A stretch of 64,000 nt of DNA, from the NCBI GenBank assembly GCA_951406725.2, contig OX597815.1:39308001-39372000 (forward strand). The letters are read 5' to 3'. Both the position numbers and the translations under genes were made by a program. The notes under the pieces were generated by a model. The model saw nothing but the letters and a program-made list of their open reading frames with translations, was not told the DNA's origin and did not search any database. Each line of letters begins with the position of its first letter. Position 1 is the first letter of the stretch. Source of the stretch: Octopus vulgaris. Taxonomy: Eukaryota. Positions 53,640-64,000 of this stretch are shown one piece after another.

Positions 53640-54250
53640 CTGTAGGTTGGCTTATGGTTCGCATTTCGCTATTAGTAAATCTTCCATAGTTTCTCTCAGA
53701 GGTTTACGAAATCTCAATGGGCAAAGCTTCCGTACTACATATATAAATAAACTTGAAACTTTTCACACGTGCTGTCTGCGGAAGCCCTGCGACGTAAAAT
53801 GGCAAGATAAGATATCAAATATCAATTTTTTTAAAAAAAAAAGGTGATATCTCTTGTATCGAAAGAATGCTGTTGAGAATTCATTGCATTTTGTTCGAAT
53901 CAAGATGATCGCATTCTGAACATTATTTTTTATGGCCATCAAGTAAAGGGATTCCTTATAACTAAGGAATAAGATATTAGGATAAGTTGAAACAATTACT
54001 AAAATCCCTGCAGCGTAATGTAACATCTTGGGAAAGTATTGTCTATGAGCGGCGTAAAATGTGTTTTGATGCATCTAAACAATTTGAGTTGAAGAAACAG
54101 AACAATAAAAGAATTATATCCTGCGATCAACAGACACATTTGTCCAATCCAGGCAAAATCAAAATTATCATTACCCCCATTGTGACTTCACTGCAAAATT
54201 CATACTTGGATTCAAAATACATTCACGCTTCCATCGCAAATAGATGCAGC
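53640..54250 (+). mobile_element. Old RTE-like LINE 3' fragment
   Basis: INKLETFHTCCLRK..VKWQDKISN and LKQLLKSLQRNVTSWESIV match RTE C-terminal patterns. Confidence 0.55.
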
Positions 54251-54344
54251 TTCTTTCATATTTAATCCTTTTTTTTTAAATTCTTTTTCTGCAAACACTC
54301 ATACATTGAAATCGACGGGAGTGATTTATTATTATTATTATTAT

Positions 54345-55290
54345 TATTTACTTTTAATCTGCATGTTTGGTATAATCACTTGCCCAGACACACCCAGCGT
54401 CCTAGGGCGAGTGAAAGATAAGAGAGGTTACAGTATGACTGAAAGCTTGGGGGAAGGGAAGTGACAGGGGCAGTAGCGGAATGTCTTCATGTAATGCAAT
54501 ACAGACATTTAAACTGATAGGGATTTTCCAAGGATGCGGGCAGTACTTGTCAACACTATCTTTTGGATTTCTCTGAGACATGGTTCTCCTGGGATATCAT
54601 CTAAATGTTTCTGATAGCTCTTTCTTATCATACCTAGGATACCCATAATAGCAGGAACAGTTCTTGCTTCAAGATGCCACATCTTTTTTGAATTTCAATT
54701 TCCAGGTCCTTATATTTGCTTAATTTGTCAAATTCCTTTACAGATATATTTCTATCAGTAGTATTTTCTTCCCTGTCTTTAATGACTACGTCTGGTCGAT
54801 TAGCCTGGATTTTTCTATCGGTGTTGACTGGAAAATCTCAGAGGATAGAGACAGTTTTACGTTCAACGACTGGCTCAGGGGGATGTTCAGGGGCGCTGAT
54901 TTTGTAGTGTTTACATATTTTCCAATCTAAATACTGTCCTACGCTATCGTGATGAATTTTGTAATCGTTTGGTGTCTGTACAGGACATCCCGAGACGAGA
55001 TGGTCTATTGTTTCAGGTGTTAATAGCTTCAATCTTATTCCGTCCGTTTAATTTCGACTTAAGGATCAGTCTTAGTCTGCGCAGAAAGATAAGAAAGAGC
55101 TATTTTCGACGATGCCTTCAGGTTTGTGGACGTACCATTTTTTTTCTCTGTCAAGTCCATACTTGTTGCATAATCGTTAGCCCGTCCATACATTTGATTT
55201 TGCCTCTCTTCACATTTTCCCAGTCTGAACTCCATTCTGATATCAGCACTGAAGGTATACATCGTATCAACGAGGGAACTGACTTGGGGC
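54345..55290 (-). mobile_element. Dong/R4 3' fragment, rearranged
   Basis: ETIDHLVSGCP, HDSVGQYLDWKICKHY, ANRPDVVIKD, MEFRLGKC; bounded by ATT repeats. Confidence 0.8.
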
Positions 55291-55292
55291 TT

Positions 55293-55303
55293 CATTATTA
55301 TTA

Positions 55304-55379
<76 letters not shown>

Positions 55380-55381
55380 TG

Positions 55382-55443
<62 letters not shown>

Positions 55444-55513
55444 AATGTTGTTATTATTATTATTATTATTATTGTTATTATTATTATTATTAATAGTTGT
55501 TATTATTATTATT

Positions 55514-55593
<80 letters not shown>

Positions 55594-55760
55594 TATTATT
55601 ATTATTATCAATGTTGTTATTATTATTATTATTATAATTATTATCATTATCATCATCATCATCATCATTATTATTATTTCGCTAGATGCCGAAATATCGT
55701 TCAAACAATTTCACATGATGTAGCACTCTTCTATTTATTCCTTTATTTATTTATTTATTC

Positions 55761-55847
<87 letters not shown>

Positions 55848-55885
55848 CATCATCATTATTATCATCATCATTATTATCATCATCA
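55293..55885. repeat. (ATT)n/(ATC)n/(GTT)n microsatellite block
   Basis: Directly visible. Confidence 0.97.
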
Positions 55886-55989
55886 TAAAGTGGTGAGGTA
55901 ACAGAGTCGTTAGCATGCTGGACAAAATGCTTAGCGGTATTTCGTCGGTCCTTACATTCTGATTTCAAATTCTGCCGAGTTCAAGTTGA

Positions 55990-57245
55990 TGTTATGCCTA
56001 GGGTGTCATATATTTGGTTTTGCACATAGTATTGTTCTAGAGGATGTTTAAGAAAACATAAGAAAATTATGAGATTTTGTTTTAAAATTTGAGATTACAT
56101 AGATAGTATTTTACGTAGAATATGAGCAGCTCCCATCAGCACTATCTCTTGAATTTCTGCCATTTTGGGGTTTCCTGGTATTCGAGCTAGGTAGCAATCA
56201 GCCCCTTTTTGCTATCATTCCTAAGGAACCTATGACAACAGGTATTGTTTTAGTCTTCAGGTTCCACATTTTTCCAATTTCTATTTCAAGATCTTTATAC
56301 TTGCTCAGTTTTTGGTAGATCTTGACATACATTTATGTCGATTGGAACAGTCATATCAATGAGGCGGCATGATTTTTGTGTGAAATCATTCAATATAATG
56401 TCTGGATTATTCGCATTTATCTTTCTGTCAGTTTCAACGGTGAAATTCTAGAGGAGTGAGATGTGATCATTTTCAAGCACTAGAGGTAGTTTGTGTTCCC
56501 ACCAGTTTTTATCATGGGGCAGGTCCAGGTTTTTACAAATTACCCAGTGAATATATTGTGCTGCTCTATCATTCCTGTTGAGAAACTTTGTAGGCACAAG
56601 AAGACTGCACATGGAGACAACATGATCAATGCTTTCATTTTACTGTTTACATGTTGGGCTACTGCCGTTCTGCAATATGTTGGCCTGGTGTCTCCTTGTA
56701 GGTAGGTATTGATCTTGAGCTGCTATGATAAATTCTTCAGTTTCTGATTTAAAACTAGAAGACACTAACCATTTATGGATAAGGGCTTTGTCAACATTGG
56801 CACTATTGGTTCTCTTTGGGTATTTGCCATTGAGAGGTTTTCCTTGCCATTTATCAGTAAGGATATCTAAGGCAGCAGTTTTATTAAGGGTTTCCATACG
56901 CTTAGCTTTTTCTGTGCTGGTTCCCAGTACGTCTAGTTCTGGGATTTGTTGTATTTAGAATTCACTTAGATATTCTTTTGCCTGTTTTGTTACTGAGCAT
57001 GATGCTTTTGCTTTTCATGCTTTAAGACAAGTTTTAACATCCAGCCCTCGATCTTGTTTCTTGCATTTAGCTCTGTCTTGAGTATTGCCTTTACCCTGAG
57101 ATAACATTCTCTTCTGATCCTTTCCCTCATCATTGAATGTTTGATTCCATCACCTTCAAATACCCGTACGTATTTGTAGCTCTTCGCTGGTTCTAACTCC
57201 TTTATGACATTCTGCTGGTCAAGATTAACGTTGGATATTTTTGCC
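55990..57245 (-). mobile_element. Dong/R4 3' fragment
   Basis: YKYVRV, LKTELNARNKI, KWQGKPLNGKY, ETEEFIIAAQDQYLPTR, LSKYKDLEIEI. Confidence 0.85.
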
Positions 57246-57255
57246 ATTATCATCA

Positions 57256-57322
<67 letters not shown>

Positions 57323-57347
57323 CATCATTATTATTATTATTATTATT

Positions 57348-60300
57348 CAGTAGTTTTATTTTTATAGGGTGCTTTCACTTCACTACCGAGCGCAGCTCTG
57401 TATGCCTTAGGTATGTGCTGTGATTTGTTGTGATGCTCTGATGGTTATTGTATGGAAAGTGTTCTGCGTAGGATGTGTGCAGTTCCTAGTAGTGCAATTT
57501 TCTGTATGTTATATGTGTTGGTAAGTCCTGGTGTTTTTGTTATGTATTTGTCTGAATATTTTTTTATCATGCCTAATGCACCTACTATGATAGGAATTGT
57601 TTCTGTTTTCAGATTCCACATTCTGGTTACCTCTATTTCCAGGTCTTTGTATTTTGAAAGTTTCTCCATTTCTTTTAGAGTCACGTTGTCATCTGTCGGT
57701 AGTGATACATCAATTAGAAAGCATTTTTTTCTTCATGATCTCTGACAACTATATCTGGTCTGTTGGCCTTAATTTCTCTATCTGTGTGTATCGGCATATC
57801 CCAGAGTATGGTTACTTTCTCGTTTTCTCTGTGACCTTTTCTGGTGTGTGCCTATACCATCTTTTTTCTGTTGTTATTCCATAATGTTGGCATAGCTTCC
57901 AGTGCATGTAGGTTCCAACTCTGTCATGTCTGTGAATATATTCCTTCTTAGCCAGGACTGGGCAGCCAGAGATAATATGATTTATTGTTTCTTGTCCATC
58001 TCCACATATTCTGCAGTTACTTGTTATATTTCTTTTCATTACATGTTTTTGGTAATTTCTGGTGGGGAGGCTTTGGTCTTGTGCTGCAATTAAAAATCCC
58101 TCTGTCTCTGCTTTGAGTCCTGAGCTTCTCAACCATTGCTGGGATTTTTCTTTGTCTATTTCTTTTGCGTTTAGTTTAGTCAGTATTTACCATGAAGGGG
58201 CTTTTCTTGCCATCGTTTTATCATGGTTCGTTGCTGTTCTATTTTTAGTTTGGATTTCATTTGTTTTATAGCTTTTGTTGTTTCTTCTTCTTCTTCTTCT
58301 TCTTCTTCTTCTTCTTCTTCTTCTTCTTCTTCTTCTTCTTCTTCTTCTTCTTTCTTCTTCTTCTTCTTCTTCTTCTTCTTCTTCTTCTTCTTCTTCTTCT
58401 TCTTCTTCTTCATATTTATTAGGTGGTATGATTTCTTGTTTGTATTTATCAGCTTCCTTAAATACTGAGAACATTTTTTCGTTTTGCTCGTTTTGCTCGT
58501 GTTTTGCCGCTATTTGTATGAGTTTTCCTTCCTTCTGAAGTAGATATTTTTGCAGTCCTATGGTAGTTATTTTATAGTAGTTTTCCAGCTGTATAAGGCC
58601 TCTACCACCTTCTATACGTTGTATATATAGTCTTTCTATGTCAGATTTTGGGTGATGCATCCTAGATCCTGTCATTATTTTTCTTGTTTTCCTATCTATT
58701 TTGGTCAGTTCATTTAGTGTTCAGTTAAGGATATTGTAGCTGTGACTTATAACTGGGACAGCTAAAGTGTTAATACCTATTATCTTGTTTTTAGCATTGA
58801 GCTCTGTTTTTAGTATTGATCTAACTCGTCTATGATATTCTTTTTTTATTTTCTCTTTCATTTGTGTGTGTTGTGTCTTATCTAGTTCACGGATTCCTAA
58901 GTATTTGTAAGTTTGGCTTTGGTCTAATTCTTTTATTTCATTGGTTTTATCTAGTGTGATGTTGCTACTCTTAACTAGTTTTCCTCTTTTCATGGTTACT
59001 TTGGCGCATTTTTCTAATCCAAATTTCATATCTATTTCTTTGATAAATCCATGAACTGTCTTTAATAGTGTTTCCAGCTGTTTGTCATTTGTAGCGTATA
59101 GTTTTAGGTCATCCATATATAAAAAGTGGCTGATCGTTTTGCCGTAACATTTATATCCGCATCCAGTTCTATTTAGCATATCAGATAGAGGTGACAGTGC
59201 CAAGCAGAAAAGGAGTGGAGAGAGCGTGTCTCCCTGGAATATTCCTCTTCTAATGGGGATGGCTTTGGTTTTCATGAGTCCCTCTTTTGTTTGGAGCTGT
59301 AGCACTGTTTGCCATTTATTCATAGAGTGCCCTATGAATTTTATAATTGTTGGTGCTACTTTGTTAATGGCTAGTGTTTCGAGGATCCATGTGTGGGGGA
59401 TGCTATCAAACGCCTTTTTGTAGTCGATCCAGGCCATACTGAGGCCTTTCTTCTTTCTGTGGCTGTCTTCAGTTATGGCTTTATTAATCATTAGTTGATC
59501 TTTACAGCCATATGAGCCTTTGCGGCATCCTTTCTGCTCTTCTGGAAACAGGTTGTTTTCGTCCAGGTGCTTGTTCAACCTTTGCGATATCACTGCAGTA
59601 AATGCCTTGTACATTGTAAGGAGACAGGTTATTGGTCTGTAGTTTTCTGGTTTTGCTGTCTCATTTGATTTGGGAATTAAGATGGTTTTCTCCTTCGTGA
59701 GCCATTCAAGCATTGTCTCTTGCTCTGCTAGTATGTTGTTAAAGTTTTCAGCCAGCTTTTTGTGCATTCCTGTTAGATATTTCAACCAGAAGTTGGGAAT
59801 CTTGTCAAGCCCAGGTACCTTCCAGTTGCTTTGTCTTTGCAGTGCCTGGGTGACCTCTTCAGTTGTTATGGGGGTCCAAAGTTGCTCAGATGCTGAGTTT
59901 GTTGTTTTAACACTCCTTTTTTTGGTTGTTCGTTCGCCGACCATATTTCTCTCCAGAATTCTTCCACTTCTTCTGCCGTTGGTGCTACAGTGATTTCTAT
60001 TTTATTTTTGCCAAGTTCTTGGTAGAACTTTTTGTTTTGTTCAAAGAAGCGCTGGCGTTTCTCGTACCGGCGGATCCTTTGTGCTTTGGCAAGGATATCT
60101 TGCTTCAGCTTTTCTTTTATCTTAGGTAAGTCTTTTTCTGTGATGTTATATTTGCGGAGTATTTTTGTTTTCTTTTTGTTGCTCAGTAGCCTGTATTGTC
60201 TACTGATTTCATTAAGAATCGACAGAGCTTTTCTCATTTTTTGTATTTTGTTTTGGATGTTATTTATCCACAGGGTTTGTTTGGGTGGTGGTACTCCTGT

Positions 60301-60575
60301 TTGGGCGGGTTTGAGTGAGTATCCAGCTTCTTTTGTGGCTGCAGTGGCTGCTGCGTATACTAAGTCATTTAGCTCAGTGATATCGCTTTTTGTTTTAGTG
60401 GCTATTAGTTCAGTGACGGCTAGGTTTATGCTGTTTATAATTGGTGTTGTTGTTTCGTCTATTTTGATTTTTGGGAGGTATGGTCGGTGGTCCATTTTGA
60501 GCTCTGTGGTTTTCAGTTCTTTGATTATTTTACTTTTTATATTATCATAATCATTAGGCTCCCCTTCGTTCTTTC
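57348..60575 (-). mobile_element. Dong/R4 retrotransposon, best-preserved copy (RT, CCHC, RLE)
   Basis: 407-aa RT ORF 58721-59944 (NYRPITCL, EQKGC, WIDYKKAFDS, GIFQGDTLSPLLF, YMDDLK, YKYLG), then GGRGL, AAQDQ, CRICGDGQETINHIISGC, KYKDL and LLGTAHILR; a few frameshifts; (AAT)n tail. Confidence 0.95.
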
Positions 60576-60613
60576 TTCTTCTTTTTCTTCTTCTTCTTCT
60601 TCTTCTTCTTCTT

Positions 60614-60689
<76 letters not shown>

Positions 60690-60704
60690 GTATTATTATT
60701 ATTA

Positions 60705-61160
60705 TCTAGGTTTTCTCAAGTTCAGCCTTACTCCTGGTAGAGATTATGTGGATCGCGGGTTACTACCTGTAATCTTAGCTAATCAGAAGTTTTCAGTAGT
60801 CTTTCAAGTGCTTAAGACCCTCCTGATAATCCTTGCTGTCCCTAAGAGGCAAACTTTCGGTAGCAGCTCTACCGAGCATTCTATTTCAGTCTCCCTCAGC
60901 TATTTGTCTATATCTTAGTTCACTATTCCCAGCGTACCAACTATTATAGGCACGACCTTTACTGTTAGTATGCTCCAAATTCTTCCTATTTCAAATTTTA
61001 GGGGGTTGTATTTATTTGTTTTTGTTTTTCTTCCTCTTTCTTTACGTTCCTGGAATCAAATGGAATCAAATGGAATCAATGATGGCTCGATAAGTAAGCA
61101 AGTTCGCTTTTCCTTATCTCTGATTGTAATAGCCGGTCTATTATTTTCCAACTTCTTGTA
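60705..61160 (-). mobile_element. Dong/R4 3' fragment
   Basis: DRLL..., KYNPLKFEIGRIWS, VVPIIVGTLG, LLGTARIIRRVL; bounded by ATT repeats. Confidence 0.75.
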
Positions 61161-61223
<63 letters not shown>

Positions 61224-61247
61224 TCATCATTATTATTGTGTGTGTGT

Positions 61248-61339
<92 letters not shown>

Positions 61340-62456
61340 CTGCGTATGATCGTGCGCGAGAGCGTTACTGAAAATTTGAGTTCGTATCATACCACCGTTG
61401 GCTTTCTCTATGAGCAAAAGACACAATTCTCAATACCCTAGATGGCGTTTTTTTTTCTTTTGTAGAGGGAGTCAGTGTTGAATAAAGCAGTAGTTGCAAT
61501 TTTCAAAGGTATTCCAACAAACATTTTAAGCACGTAGTATCCTCCTAAAGGACAGTTAATACATGGGAGATAATCATTTCTTCATTGTATTTGGCAGGAT
61601 TAGAAGATTGAATCTGAAATTAAGGAATAAGTGAAAAGACGCATAGAATACACCTATTTAACATTTTTGCTGTTGCTTATTTAATCTTATCACAAAATAT
61701 CTGCTCTTAGTTTTCCTTCTTTCGTCAATTAACTCTATAGGAACTTATTCAAATCTTCTTTCTTTATAACTTTATAATTGTGAAAATACATTTCTAAAAT
61801 ACATCAGCCATTTTATTTCGGTGACATTTTTATTTATTTTATTTTTATTTTATGTTATTTATATATTTCATAAGTGTTATAATTCAAATGTAAATCAAGA
61901 GCCGGATCAAGTAAGTCATTTCTATCAATATTAGGCATTTTCTAACGGAAACATATTAAGAAGAAACTGATCCTCAGCAAAACAAAAATAAATGTAAACT
62001 CTCCATAAAGAATTATTAATAGAAATAGTTGTTTTGTTTTGTTTTTCGGAGCTTGTCATCAATCATTGAAATTAAGTCTGAAATCCGAAGATGACAAAAA
62101 TATATTACATATGTAGCACATAAAAAGGCTGAGCCGACTGCAGGCAGATGAAAAAATGACTCATATCAGAACTCAAAGCTGAGGCCAATAAATTAATCAT
62201 TTCACACTATGCTACAGGAACTACATAAGATATCAAAAGTATAGCCTTGATATCTATTTGAAACTACAAAAGATGTTAAAAAATATAATATGTTAGAGCA
62301 TTACTTTTAAAGTGTCTCCAGTGACTTCAAATTTTCATCAGTAATGAAGCTTTCTAAAATGATAACGCTTAATGATACAGATCGATTTAATTAAACTTCC
62401 AGACATATTATATTTACGACTAGTTTTGAAATTTATTCTCTGAGAAGTAAGAATAC

Positions 62457-62525
<69 letters not shown>

Positions 62526-62529
62526 CAAC

Positions 62530-64000
<1,471 letters not shown>

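Overview
AT-rich, repeat-saturated eukaryotic DNA. The SINE families, dense (TA)n/(AAT)n/(CTT)n microsatellites and Dong/R4 cluster suggest a cephalopod, most likely Octopus (inference from recalled repeat families, not a search). The only host-gene signal is two phase-compatible 3' exons on + (989-1123, 4972-5160). The rest is mostly decayed transposons: RTE, Penelope, CRE and about seven Dong/R4 retroelements; two Gypsy-type LTRs; mariner, DD37E Tc1, maT, Tigger and Chapaev3 DNA transposons; Helitron/Helentron derivatives; GG-ended MITEs with 8-bp TSDs; and at least four tRNA-derived SINE families. Most ORFs in the track are microsatellite or antisense artefacts. The most notable structure is a non-coding family at 32.3-33.0, 36.4-36.9, 40.0-40.3 and 49.9-50.0 kb. 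It has a tRNA-like Pol III head, an (AAT)n spacer and a tail carrying a minimal type I hammerhead ribozyme motif. It integrates as inverted arms, in two cases with ~15-bp flanking duplications, and is a candidate Penelope-mobilised ribozyme SINE. An LTR at 38.0-38.6 kb carries a long heat-shock-element array. Coordinates were read by eye and may be a few bases off.
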